Assembly (NCBI GenBank): GCA_964016885.1
Contig: OZ024750.1
Coordinates: 29,140,001-29,204,000 of the forward strand
Direction: 5' to 3'
Source of the DNA: Eledone cirrhosa
Lineage: Eukaryota
Length of the DNA stretch: 64,000 bases
Shown piece by piece: positions 1-12,470 of this stretch (within the stretch, counting starts at the first letter, position 1; each line of letters opens with the position of its first letter). The notes beneath the pieces were generated by a model. It was not told the DNA's origin. It saw only the letters and a program-made list of their open reading frames with translations, and did not search any database. Position numbers and translations under genes: made by a program.

Positions 1-450
1 TTGGGACTTCTTTCAGCTCAAATGGCTTTGGAGTGGGTAGTTAGGATCTAACTGTCTCCTCACGTACAGTTTCATATGAAAGTCTTGTCTCGATCTTGAG
101 CTAACTTCACCATCAAATTTTATGCGTTTGACTCAATCGATCTTTTAAGTCCTGCTAAGAAGCGAGGACTGTGAGGCTTTTCTTCAAGTTGGCTACAACT
201 CTAAAAACAGTAGATTTGGCATTCTTTGTGGCTCTAACAATCTCCCCAGCACTTTTGCCGGCGTGAAATAATTCGGCAATTACAATTTTACAGTTTAATT
301 CTTTATTAACATACTATTTTTTATTTCAGATTAAACAAATTATGAATAAGTGATTATTCACGCTGGTAATATTTAAAATTTAGACTCCAATAAAATCTAT
401 ACAATTAGAAATATACCCATTTGAAAGTCCCAATTTACCTGCGTGTGTGT
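1..450 (-). mobile_element. Decayed Tc1/mariner-superfamily transposon, 5' part (HTH region of transposase)
   Basis: The minus strand reads ...IVIAELFHAGKSAGEIVRATKNAKSTVFRVVANLK...PRFLAGLKRSIESN with frameshifts and stops. This resembles the N-terminal HTH of Tc1/mariner (maT-like) transposases. It ends against a TA/CA microsatellite and lies in a PSMD6 intron. Confidence 0.65.
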
Positions 451-468
451 ACATATATATATATTTAT

Positions 469-500
<32 letters not shown>

Positions 501-506
501 TGGTTA

Positions 507-541
<35 letters not shown>

Positions 542-679
542 TGGTTATATATCATCATCATTTAACGTTCATTTTGTTTATTAAAATGGTTTACATGTTT
601 CAGTGTTCTGTGTCTGTCTAGAATAACCAATTGTAAAAGTCTGTTTATTAAAATGGTTTACTACTTTCATCTTTTGTAG

Positions 680-785
680 GGAACTTTCTCGATTCATTGC
701 TGCTGGTCGACTTCATTGCAAGATTGACAAGGTTGCGGGAGTTGTGGTAACTAACCGACCTGACAGCAAAAATTCGCAGTATCAG
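680..785 (+). CDS. PSMD6: 26S proteasome non-ATPase regulatory subunit 6 (Rpn7), penultimate coding exon
   Basis: Acceptor ttttgtag| and donor |gttagt. Translates [35 protein letters not shown], nearly identical to the PCI-domain C-terminus of Rpn7/PSMD6. Confidence 0.96.
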
Positions 786-972
786 GTTAGTTGTGCTATA
801 GAAATTTTAAAAAAATATTTTTCCTACTTTCTTTGATCTGTCTATATATGTGAATATTTATGTTACTTAACACTATGACTATCTTCTATATTTTTAAAAT
901 ATTTCCATATTTTACCTGCATTAATAGTTACTCATGTCACTGATTATTTTCAATTATATTTATCTATTTTAG

Positions 973-1041
973 GATACAATCAAGCAAGGAGATAATCTTT
1001 TAAATAGAGTCCAGAAACTGAGTCGTATTATTAACATATGA
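973..1041 (+). CDS. PSMD6: PSMD6/Rpn7 last coding exon
   Basis: Acceptor tattttag|, phase 0, joins the previous exon in frame. Translates DTIKQGDNLLNRVQKLSRIINI*, the conserved Rpn7 C-terminal helix. Confidence 0.96.
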   Translation, partial: DTIKQGDNLLNRVQKLSRIINI

Positions 1042-1489
1042 ACAGAAGAAGCAGTGTTTCTAATAGTCAGCTTGCTTTTATGAAAGTTTCAGTTCTTACT
1101 TTCTTAGGATGATGTACATATAATGCAATGACTATACGAAAGAGATGTTTACATTAAGGATTAATTTAAGAAATCCGGCTTAAATTATTTCTAGCCATAT
1201 CATGAAAAGATGTGATGGATCCCACTGAAAAGAACTGGAAACATTTTTTTCCCCCTTTCCACCCTTTCTTTGAACTTTACCATTTTAAGACAACTGATCC
1301 ACTATAGTTACATAAGTTCAAGGTAAGGTTGAACACTTTAAGTTTTTATTAGTCCTGCTGTCTGTAGGTGTTAACCTTCAGTGTTGTTGATATGACCAGC
1401 ATTTTTTTTTTTCCCTACTGCAATCAACCATTAATTAGAAAGATCAGCTGAACTTTTTTTTATGGGGTTCGTTTACATCTGTTACAGTC

Positions 1490-1592
1490 ATTAAAACCTT
1501 CTGTAATTTTCATGTCTATCAATTAAAAGTTCAATTTCTTCACTGATAATTGACTATTATTATTAAAACCACTTTATTATTAATTAAATAAA
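1490..1592 (+). terminator. Candidate polyadenylation signals for PSMD6
   Basis: ATTAAA at 1490 and 1522 and AATAAA at 1587, followed by T/GT-rich sequence at about 1623-1680. The site actually used is unknown. Confidence 0.45.
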
Positions 1593-1704
1593 AATTATTC
1601 AAAACACTCTTTTCAAAAAAATATTTGTGTTGTTTTATTTCTAATGTCTGTAATATGAGTGAATTTCTCTTGTTTTGATTTGAAATTGAAGAGAAAGATT
1701 GTAT

Positions 1705-2415
1705 CCTACATGTGTGAGAAATGCCATGATTTATGGGAGCCACATGTGGGAGATGAATGTGGAGCAGCAGAGAAGCTGGAAAGAACTGAAATGGGAATGG
1801 TCTAGTGAATGAGTGGAGTCTCTTTGAGAGAGATTGTAAATCATTGATGATGATGAAATAGTCAGTGATGAATGTTGTGAGGAGAAATGGAATGAGATGG
1901 TTGGGTCATGTGTTGAGGAAGGATGAAAGTGACTGGGTGAGAGAAGTGATGGAAATAGGGTCAGTTATGAATGTTGTGAGGATAAATGGAATGAGATGGT
2001 TGGGTCATGTGTTGAGGAAGGATGAAAGTGACTGGGTGAGAGAAGTGATGGAAATAGGGTCAGTTATGAATGTGAGGATAAATGGAATGAGATGGTTGGG
2101 TCATGTGTTGAGGAAGGATGAAAGTGACTGGGTGAGAGAAGTGATGGAAATAGGGTCAGTTATGAATGTTGTGAGGATAAATGAAATGAGGTGGTTAGGT
2201 CATGTGTTGAGGAAGGATGAAGTGACTGGGTGAAGGAGATAGAGGAAGGGTAAGAAAAGATCATGGAGGAAATTACCTTAAAACTTAGGAATAGGAAGGG
2301 CATCTAGCCAGAAACAGTCCTATATGAGCATGACGCAGTCATTTGCCTCTAATGGGACAACCCATCTAACCCTCTAACATGCTAAAGTGGAAAATGGATG
2401 TTAAACGATGATGAT
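1705..2415 (+). mobile_element. RTE-like LINE 3' fragment with internal 99-bp tandem amplification
   Basis: MRWLGHVLRKDESDWV motif (RTE ORF2 C-terminus) repeated about 3.6 times. The 3' tail ends ...ggatgttaaacgatgatgatg. Confidence 0.85.
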
Positions 2416-2599
2416 GTGTAGTTTCAGTGTTGTATCAACCTACTTGTAATACATTTTTCAACAACTGTTTCTTACTGCAAACTTTGCATTGAGTCATCAC
2501 CATCATCTTGATACATGTATATATATATATCCCATGCAAGTGTGGAAAAATTGATGTTAAACGGAAATGGTGATGATGATATGTGTATATATATATATC

Positions 2600-2938
2600 A
2601 TTTCATCATCATTTCATTTTACGTCCGCTCTCCCTGCTTGCAAGGGTGAGACGGGAACTGACTATGGCTTGATTTCTACAGCTGGATGCCCTTCCTAACA
2701 CCAACCTCATTTACAGTGAGTGCTGGGTGCTTTTTTGCCGTGGCACCTCCACGACCACTTTGCAGTGGAATGATAGGGACCCCAGTCCCTATCATCTCAT
2801 TTCTACAGCTGAGTAAACTGGAGCAATGTGAAATAAAGTGTCTTGCTCAAGGAAACAACACATCACCCGGTCTGAGAATTGAACTCACAACCTTTCGATT
2901 GCAAGCCCAATGCTCTAACCACTAAGCCATGTGCCTCC
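2600..2938 (-). mobile_element. tRNA-derived CORE-type SINE with RTE-type tail, full length
   Basis: A box TGGCTTAGTGG, B box GAGTTCAATTC, MIR-like core TCCTTGAGCAAGACACTTTATTTCAC...CTCAGCTGTAGAAATGAG, tail GCGGACGTAAAATGA(TGA)n. Near-identical copies occur elsewhere in the window. Confidence 0.9.
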
Positions 2939-3180
2939 ATATATATGTATTATCAGACTATCAACACTATCTGTAATATCTGACTCCTGTAGAATAGCTC
3001 AACTCTGCCTAGCTTGGCTTGTCTTAGGTTAGCTCTGTCCAACTTAGTTTGCCTTAACTAAGTTTGACTTGGCTCAACTCAGCTCTTGTCCAGCTCGGCT
3101 TGGCTTGGCTTAGCTCTGGGACCTGGAATCCAGGATTGGATCTTGGATCTGGCATCAGATCTGATAGCTTTATTATTAGT

Positions 3181-3326
3181 CAACACTATCAGACTGCCTG
3201 TATTATCGGATCTGATGTCAACACTATCAGACTGCCTGTATTATCGGATCTGATGTCAACACTATCAGACTGCCTGTATTATCGGATCTGATGTCAACAC
3301 TATTAGACAGCCTGTATTATCGGATT
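3181..3326. repeat. 38-bp minisatellite, about 3.8 copies
   Basis: Unit caacactatcagactgcctgtattatcggatctgatgt. Confidence 0.9.
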
Positions 3327-3499
3327 GGATTAAGACAGCTGTCTAGCTCAGCATGGCTTAATATTGTCCAAGGGAAAGGCAAAAGCTGATACAGCTTGAC
3401 GCCATTGTTGATAAGGTTGATGATAAATGTAACTTGACATTTAGAAGACAATATTTTGGGGTCTTTTCCGAATTGAGAGATAACAGCTCCAATACAAGG

Positions 3500-3650
3500 G
3501 ACATGCGGTTAGAGTGTCTCAGGAAAGAAATGCTGGACAGATTTTACTGGCAAAACCAACTGGCAGGGATAGGCACCCCAATCAAGATGGTTGGATAACA
3601 TCCATGAGCTTGGCTGGTCACACTTGGGGATCCAGCCAGATCAATTGAAG
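3500..3650 (+). mobile_element. RTE-like LINE fragment
   Basis: GHAVRVSQER...ILLAKPTG...RPQSRWLDNIHEL. Homologous to 33000-33340 and 39265-39610. Confidence 0.7.
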
Positions 3651-3757
3651 ACACTGAAAATATCGGTTCTTGTTCAATCACCGAAGTTAAGCAAAGTCAA
3701 GCCTAGTTAGTACTTAGATGGGTGACTGCTTGGGAAACCTAGGTGCTGTAAGCATTT
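3651..3757 (+). pseudogene. 5S rRNA pseudogene, 5'-truncated
   Basis: cggttcttgttcaatcaccgaagttaagc...ttagtacttagatgggtgactgcttgggaa...ggtgctgtaagcattt matches the animal 5S rRNA body, including internal A and C boxes. It carries substitutions and lacks the first ~15 nt. Confidence 0.88.
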
Positions 3758-3800
3758 CTTTGTCCTACTCATGCTAGCATATAATGTTATATACATAGAA

Positions 3801-4018
3801 GGATCGATCGACTTTCGTCAAATCGGACCGAGGAAACAATGTTTTCGTCGGTCTTTCCAGTTGCTAGTACTATCTATCGGTCGCAACTCCAGGTAGAAGG
3901 AGCAACGTGAAATAAAGTGTCTTGCTCAAGGACATAACGCATTGCCTGGTCCAGGAATCGAACTCACAATCTCAAGATTGTGAATCCAATTCTCTAACCA
4001 CTCAGCCACATGCCTTCA
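3801..4018 (-). mobile_element. CORE-type SINE, alternative-tail subfamily
   Basis: tRNA head plus CAAGACACTTTATTTCAC core, with a distinct tail ...GGAAAGACC...GGTCCGATTTGACGAAAGTCGATC. Confidence 0.8.
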
Positions 4019-4052
4019 ATATATGTATATACATATACATAGTTATATATAG

Positions 4053-4286
4053 TGAAGGCACAAAGCTGAGTGGTTAGAGAATTGGATTTGCAATTGTGAG
4101 GTTGTGACTTCGATTCCTTGACTGTGAGATGCGTTAGGTGCTTGCGCAAGACACTTTATTTCATGATTTCATGATGCTCCTTCTCCCAGGAGTTGCGACC
4201 GATAGATAGTATTTATTTATTTATTAGCAATTGGAAAGACCAGAAATATTGTTTCCTCGATCTGATTTGACGAAAGTCGATCAACT
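4053..4286 (+). mobile_element. CORE-type SINE, same alternative-tail subfamily, head-to-head with previous copy
   Basis: Reverse-complement similarity to 3801-4018 over its whole length. Confidence 0.8.
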
Positions 4287-4295
4287 GTTGATATA

Positions 4296-4745
4296 TCATC
4301 ATCTTCATCACCGTTTTACGTCCTTTCTTCCACGCTAGCATGGGTTAGACAGGTTGTCCTGTTGTGGGCAGTGTCCAGTCGGCTGACCTTGTCTTGCTCA
4401 TACGGGAACTGATTCTGGCTTGATTTCTACAGCTGGATGCCCTTCCTAACACCAACCTCATTTACAGTGAGTGCTGGGTGCTTTTTTTCCGTGGCGCCTA
4501 CTCGTCCACTTTACAGTGTGGGCTGGGTGCTTTTTTTTGCCATGGCACCTCCACGATCACTTTGCAGTGGAATGATCGGGACCCCAGTCCTATCATCTCA
4601 TTTCTACAGCTGAGTAAACTGGAGCAATGTGAAATAAAGTGTCTTGCTCAAGGAAACAACACATCACCCGATCCGAGCTGAGAATTGAACTCACAACCTT
4701 TTGATTGCAAGCCTGATGCTCTAACCACTAAGCCATGCGCCTTCA
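4296..4745 (-). mobile_element. CORE-type SINE, long form with second RTE-type tail
   Basis: Same head and core as 2600-2938, but the tail is ...ACAACCTGTCTAACCCATGCTAGCGTGGAAGAAAGGACGTAAAACGGTGATG. Confidence 0.88.
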
Positions 4746-5026
4746 TATTTATATATATAGATGTTAAATGATGATGTTGATGATACTTCTGGCAGGACTT
4801 ACTGGAAGGCATGTTTGAGGACTCTGCCTTCATGACCCAAGTGGGTGAAGATAAAGATCTCCCCAGTCAACATACAAAGAAGTTTTATAATCAAAACATC
4901 TAGAAAAGAAAATGAATTAAAGAGAAAGTTCAGTGATTAAAAAATAAGCTTTTATTTAGCCTGTTACAGCAGTAAGCAAACATATGCTTGACGATAGCCA
5001 AATGGGGGTGATAAACGTTGTGGAAA

Positions 5027-6757
<1,731 letters not shown>

Positions 6758-6920
6758 GTTACAAGATCTAAAGGAAGGCATTTTATAAAGAGGCAAGACT
6801 GAAGCCAGGGACAATGAAAATAAATAAAAATGTAAAATAATCTGAAAAATGTGAAGCTATGCAATGAGCTGGTGATGTATTCACTGATCTGATCACTTGG
6901 TCCTGATATCACCGTTGATA

Positions 6921-6967
<47 letters not shown>

Positions 6968-7101
6968 ACAAAGGAAATGTGGTAAGGAACCAGGTGGACC
7001 ATAACGCACCAAAGTACTCAATACTTAGGGTAGTAGAGTGGGTAATTCTGAATTAGCCGTCGAAACGGCTTGAGCTCAGCCGTCGGGGTCTTACTTGTTC
7101 C

Positions 7102-7133
<32 letters not shown>

Positions 7134-7320
7134 GGATATATATATATTTGTGTATGTGTACATATGTTTTATATATACATACATCTATCTATATATACAT
7201 GCATATATATATATATATATATATATATAAACACACATACATCCATCCAATATATACATACATATATATATATATATCCATCCATATATATACACACACA
7301 TATATATATTACATACATGC

Positions 7321-7351
<31 letters not shown>

Positions 7352-7426
7352 TTCAAATATTTATACACACACATATATATACATGCATATACACACACAC
7401 ATATATATACATGCATATACACACAC

Positions 7427-7463
<37 letters not shown>
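7102..7463. repeat. (TA)n/(CA)n compound microsatellite
   Basis: Directly visible. Confidence 0.9.
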
Positions 7464-7469
<6 letters not shown>

Positions 7470-7838
7470 ATATTGAGTTAGGAACTTAGAAACTCAAAAT
7501 AGTCTCTTACAACAAAATAGCTCTAAGAAAGAGATATTTCTGAGCCGTATATTATAATAGAATATAAAAGAAATACGAACACAGATATATAGATATATGT
7601 GTTCAAATCATAAGGGACGATTGAACACATATATCTATATACGATTTGGACACATATATCTATATATCTGCGTTCGTTTTTCTTTTATATACTATTATGA
7701 ATATATATATATATATATATAAATATATATATATAACCTCTACATATATATGTAGAGATTATATTTAATTTGTTGGGATTCAACAAGCTTAAAAATTTTT
7801 ATAACCGATATAAAGCACTCAACATGTTAGTGGAGTAA

Positions 7839-8124
7839 ATACAATATATTAATAAATGGAAACTATATTTATAAAACCATATTTATTTTATTATACATAT
7901 TTCAAGGGCAACCAAGGCAAATTATGGTGCGCTTTCATCAGATAAAATACAGATTTGTTTTATAAATAAATATTGACATACCCGGAAATGTCAATATTTA
8001 TAAAACAAATCTGTATTTTATCTGATGAAAGCGCACCATAATTTGCCTTGGTTGCCCTTGAAATATGTATAATAAATTAAATATGGTTTTATAAATATAG
8101 TTTCCATTTATTAATATACTGTAT
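7839..8124. repeat. Near-perfect foldback (~135-bp arms) carrying a minimal hammerhead motif in each arm; probable Penelope-like remnant
   Basis: The arms are reverse complements around a short loop (acccggaa). CTGATGA...GAAA core at 8022-8063, with a mirror copy at 7887-7946. Confidence 0.8.
8017..8076 (+). ncRNA. Minimal type I hammerhead ribozyme motif
   Basis: Stem I tttat/ataaa, core CTGATGA, imperfect stem II aagcgcacc/ggttgccctt, GAAA, self-complementary stem III TATGTA, cleavage triplet AUA. Confidence 0.6.
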
Positions 8125-9124
8125 GTATATATATATATATAGAATGTAGACAAGTAACACACGAGTTGATATATATAAAAACAAATAGTAGAAAGGAAAA
8201 AGATTTTCTCAGTAGAAAATGCTGAAGAGATTCTTTCTGTGTAATATCAAAACATTAATTTATTTACAAAGTGGATATTTCCGCATTTAATATACCAGTT
8301 TCAGCATAATATGCATTGTCAATTGCGGATATGCTTAATATTGTTAAGTTGCATATTTATACAAATAATAATAACAATAATAATAAAAAGGGGAAGAAAA
8401 ATTAATTTTCACATACATATTCAGAGAGAAGAATTTCATTTCTCTATCGTGTTTGTCCTTCTTTCTCTGTTAATAAAGAAAGAAGGACAGAAATGAAATT
8501 CTCCTTTCATCATCATCACCGTTTTACGTCCGTTCTTCCACGCTAGCATGGGTTAGACGGGTTGTCCTGTTGTGGGCAGTGTCTGGTCGGCTGACCATGC
8601 CTTGCTCATACAGGAACTGATTTGGCTTGATTTCTATAGTTGGATGCCCTTCCTAACACCAACCTCATTTACAGTGAGTGCTGGGTGCTTTTTCGTGGCG
8701 CCTACACCTCCACTTTACAGTGTGGGCTGAGTGCTTTTTTTCCGTGGCACCTCCACGACCACCTTGCAGTGGGAGGGTGTGGGGGCATATTGTCTATATG
8801 CTTCAGCTTGTACCCATGGGAGGTCGGGTACCCTGTATTACTGCGTGACGCAGTAATACTTTCTGAATATGTATGTGAAAATTAATTTTTCTTCCCCTTT
8901 TTATTATTGTTGTTACTATTTATTTATGGCCTTTCATGATCTGAGTTCAAATCCCACCAAGGTTAACTTTGTCTTTGATCCTTACGGGGTCGATAAAATA
9001 AAGCACCAGTAATGCACTGGGGTCGATTTAATCGACTTTCCCCCTCCCCTAAAATTGCTGGCCTTGTGCCTATACTAGAAATCATTATAGTTGTTACTAT
9101 TATTTGTATAAATGTGCAATTTAA

Positions 9125-9563
9125 CAGCACAGCTCCCATGACTTTCGTAGACATTTTTTCACGCTCAGAGTTGCTGAAGCATGGAACAAACTGCCTGCGT
9201 CAGTTGTTAGCTGCTGAGACACTGCATCCTTTAAGACACTCATGCTTCCCGAAATACGCCAAAACTACACCTGATGTACCCCTTCCATACACATGCACAC
9301 GTGTGTATCATGACTCGTGCACTGTTCATTTTACTGATGTTTGTGCATTGCCCTATGCACTGTACATGCACTTTTTTGATGAGTTGTGGTGCACTTGGGC
9401 ACTGTACACAATATTTCATTATTGTTATTATTATTATATCATGACTCATACACTGTTCATTTTCCTGACATTTGTACATTATTCTATGTACTATACATGC
9501 ACCTTTGATGAGTTGTAGTGCACCTGAGCACTGTACACAATAATTTCATTATTATTATTATTA
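9125..9563 (+). mobile_element. CR1/L2-group LINE 3' end with duplicated 3' UTR segment and (ATT)n tail
   Basis: FFTLRVAEAWNKLPASVVS..TASFK motif typical of the CR1-type ORF2 C-terminus. The UTR block ...gatgagttgt..gcactgtacacaa..ttcattatt occurs twice. Confidence 0.75.
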
Positions 9564-9654
9564 TTAACAATATTAAGCAGATCCGCAATTGACAATGCAT
9601 ATAATGCTGAAACTGGTATATTAAATGTGGAAATATTCACTTTGTAAATAAATT

Positions 9655-9832
9655 AATTGTTTCTACTTTAGGCACAAGGCCAGCAATTACCCAGTGCATT
9701 ACTGGTACTTTATTTTATCGACTCCGTAAGGATGAAAGGCAAAGTCAACCTCGGCGGGATTTGAACTCAGATTGTAAAGGGACGTAACTATGCTGGAAAG
9801 CATGGCGTCCGACCCTCTACCGATACTACCAA
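9655..9832 (-). mobile_element. tRNA-headed Meta/MESC-type SINE
   Basis: B box CTGAGTTCAAATCC, core GACTTTGCCTTTCATCCTTACGGAGTCGATAAAATAAAGTACCAG, tail GCCTTGTGCCTAAAGTAGAAACAATT. More than 15 copies or fragments in the window, e.g. 14760-14920, 27335-27515, 38332-38517, 47015-47185, 53710-53889. Confidence 0.8.
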
Positions 9833-10152
9833 TTACACTGAAAGAATCTCTTCAGCATTTTCTACTGAGAAAATCTTTTTACTTTTTATTATTTGTTTTT
9901 ATATATATATATATATTTATATGCAAACATTACAGAGATGAGTTTTAGGTACAAGTGTGCATAAAAGTTTCCAACATTAACTGAATGAGGACTCAATACC
10001 TGTGGGCAAAGTGTAAGTTTGATTTTCAGGAAAAAAAAACAAAAAACATTGCAGTGACTTCGAAGTTTCAGTGAATACCTCTTCTGACTGCATTCTTTTT
10101 TCTTCGTTTTATATATATTTAGTTCAGAATTAGACATATATGAAGACCCCCC

Positions 10153-10183
<31 letters not shown>

Positions 10184-10329
10184 AAAGACGATTGTAACAG
10201 TCAGAAGATATATTTCTGAAATCTTCAAAGTCACAACTAAGTTTTTCTCTTGGAAATAAATATATTTATATATTATATTTTGTTTTTAACTGAAGATGAG
10301 ATCTAATGGAGTCATTTGTTATTTTAAAT

Positions 10330-10660
10330 CAGAGGTTCTCAAACGTTTTGGGTCCACCACTTGTCTCTCAGGGCCATGTAATACCCTCACTGCCCCCACG
10401 CCCTATTTCCAGAGAGACCTGTCTACACGCAAATTGTAAATAATAAATAAAATTGTTAATTTATATATAATAAATAATATAATATATAATATGTATAAAT
10501 ATTACATTTTTTTAAAAATGTTATATTTATATGTATCATTTGATATTTAATATACTATTATATCATACTCCCCCATCGCCTTCTTAGGCCCTAACACACC
10601 CCTGGACCTTCTCAATGGCTGGCCACCAGTGGGCAATAGCGCCCACTTTGAGAAGCTCTG
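10330..10660. mobile_element. hAT-type MITE with 8-bp TSD
   Basis: TIRs CAGAGGTTCTCAAA / TTTGAGAAGCTCTG. Perfect flanking duplication TTTTAAAT at 10322-10329 and 10661-10668. Confidence 0.9.
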
Positions 10661-10934
10661 TTTTAAATCTTTCTCTTCATAAATTCTCACATTCAAGCCA
10701 TAAACAAACAAAAACATTTTCCTCCTATTTCCTTTAAAGTAGAATCTGGTGTTTCTGAGAATTGAAAGTAAATAGAAGTTTGTTATTATATATAGTGAAC
10801 ATCTTAATAATCACTAATGGTTATTCTTTATTATTATTTTTTTTAAAGACCATTTTCAAACAGTAGTTTGAGATTTTGTCCCTGTCTTTTTATTCCTTCA
10901 ATCAATATTGTATTAGTTTACCATATTTTTATGA

Positions 10935-11150
10935 TTAACCCTTTAGCATTTACATAACTCTATATATACTATTGTATTTTCATTGTAAAGGCTTTATCTT
11001 ACATAATTATCTCACATAATATTGAATCTATGAGATTTTGATATTATTTATTTTGAGAATAATACCTTAACACCAGTTACAGCTTGTTTGAGCAGAAAGA
11101 GGTGAGAGAATTCTGGCTGGATATAGCCGGTTTAAATGCTAAAGGGTTAA
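10935..11150. mobile_element. piggyBac-type MITE (TTAA TSD, CCC termini)
   Basis: TTAA|CCCTTTAGCATTTA ... TAAATGCTAAAGGG|TTAA. About 10 related copies in the window. Confidence 0.88.
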
Positions 11151-12289
11151 TCTTGTTTGATTCTCTTTAGAAGCCATTTTTCAATTGCCAACTTTTGACT
11201 AGGCCTGACCTCAGAGTTTTTATTTCTGTTTAGTATAAAGTAGTATAGTTAATAAGTAATGAAAGACTGGTAAGTTTCAAAAAGCCGGTACATTGCGGTA
11301 GAGATATATAAAGGGTAAAGGATGACAAATAAAATATAATAAAGTAATGTTTTACCCAGTATCATGTTTAAGTTCGTCATTCTTTGCTCTTTATATATTT
11401 CTACTGCATTGTTCTGGCATACACATACAAATATATATGTGTCTATGTACATACACACACATTTATATGTGTTAACTAGAATCATGCAGGTTTCTGACAA
11501 CCAACTTTGTATGAAGTCAACTATATGTCAGTTGATGAAAGGTGGTTGATGGTGATAATGGCTAAGTTTAAAATGTTGACATTTAAATATGATTAAGAAA
11601 ATCTATCAAAAACATTCCAGCCGTGATCATCTTCTCTTTGTAGAGGTATCTACTGCTACATCTTTCTTTGTTTAACATAATGCGGTTTGGTTTAAGGGAG
11701 ATTTAGCTGCTATTAATATCATGCCAAGCAACCATGTAGAGGCTCCCTCATTGGCTCATAGCCAAATACATTGATTTTGTATGTGAAATGTCATTTACAG
11801 TATCACAAGTTAGGAGATTCTCTTTTAAAGTAGTTCATTCATAAGACTTTTAGTGTGTGGAAACGGGCAGAAATAAATTGTTTTTTTTGTTTGTTTTTTT
11901 GTTTAAGATTGAAATGGATGATGTGAAGCTTTTCTGCAAGACTTGGGAAGATGCCTTTAAGATGCACCAACAATAAAACTAAACATATATAGGGCCTGCA
12001 GAACATCTGTTTTAACATCTGCACCACTCCAGCAACTCATTCTATCACTTTCTAATGGAGAAAATGTGGGATTATATATTTTTTTTTTGAAAATATATTT
12101 TAAAATAAAGAGATGAAAGAAAAAAATATTGACATTAAATGGTTCATTGTTGGCAGGATGCATATGATTTAGAAATAGATACCACTAAAAGATTTGTTAT
12201 ATTCATATCGTTAATTCATTTTTAAAGAGAATTATTTGATATGTGATGTTGTGGACGATCACTTGATATTATAAACTATGTGAATTACA

Positions 12290-12470
12290 GCATCTAGCGT
12301 AAGGACCAGATACTGGATTCAAAGGCCCCCAGCTCTTCAATAAGCTGCAAAAAAAAAACAAAAAAAAACCAACAAAAAAACCTGAGAGTTCTACATGGTG
12401 TGGATGTAGAAGTTTTTAAAAAAAGCATCTTGACATTCTGTTAAGATTCCAGATGAACCCACAGCATGAG
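12290..12470 (+). mobile_element. CR1/L2-group LINE 3' fragment
   Basis: FKGPQLFNKL...LHGVDVEVFKK..LD...KIPDEP motif, interrupted by an A tract. Confidence 0.6.

Larger units (their letters stand above)
8170..9905. mobile_element. Old foldback element whose right arm is broken by nested insertions
   Basis: The left arm (8170-8430) is matched in reverse complement by pieces at about 8860-8920, 9090-9125, 9563-9658 and 9833-9905. Confidence 0.8.

Noticed and set aside
2686-2925. Recurrent 79-aa [20 protein letters not shown]... (also 14120, 34770, 49603) resembling a small gene family
   Set aside because: It is the antisense reading of a multi-copy SINE.
7040-7092. GAAAC-ggct...agccg-TC stem resembling hammerhead stem III with a GUC site
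   Set aside because: There is no canonical CTGANGA core or stem I partner nearby.
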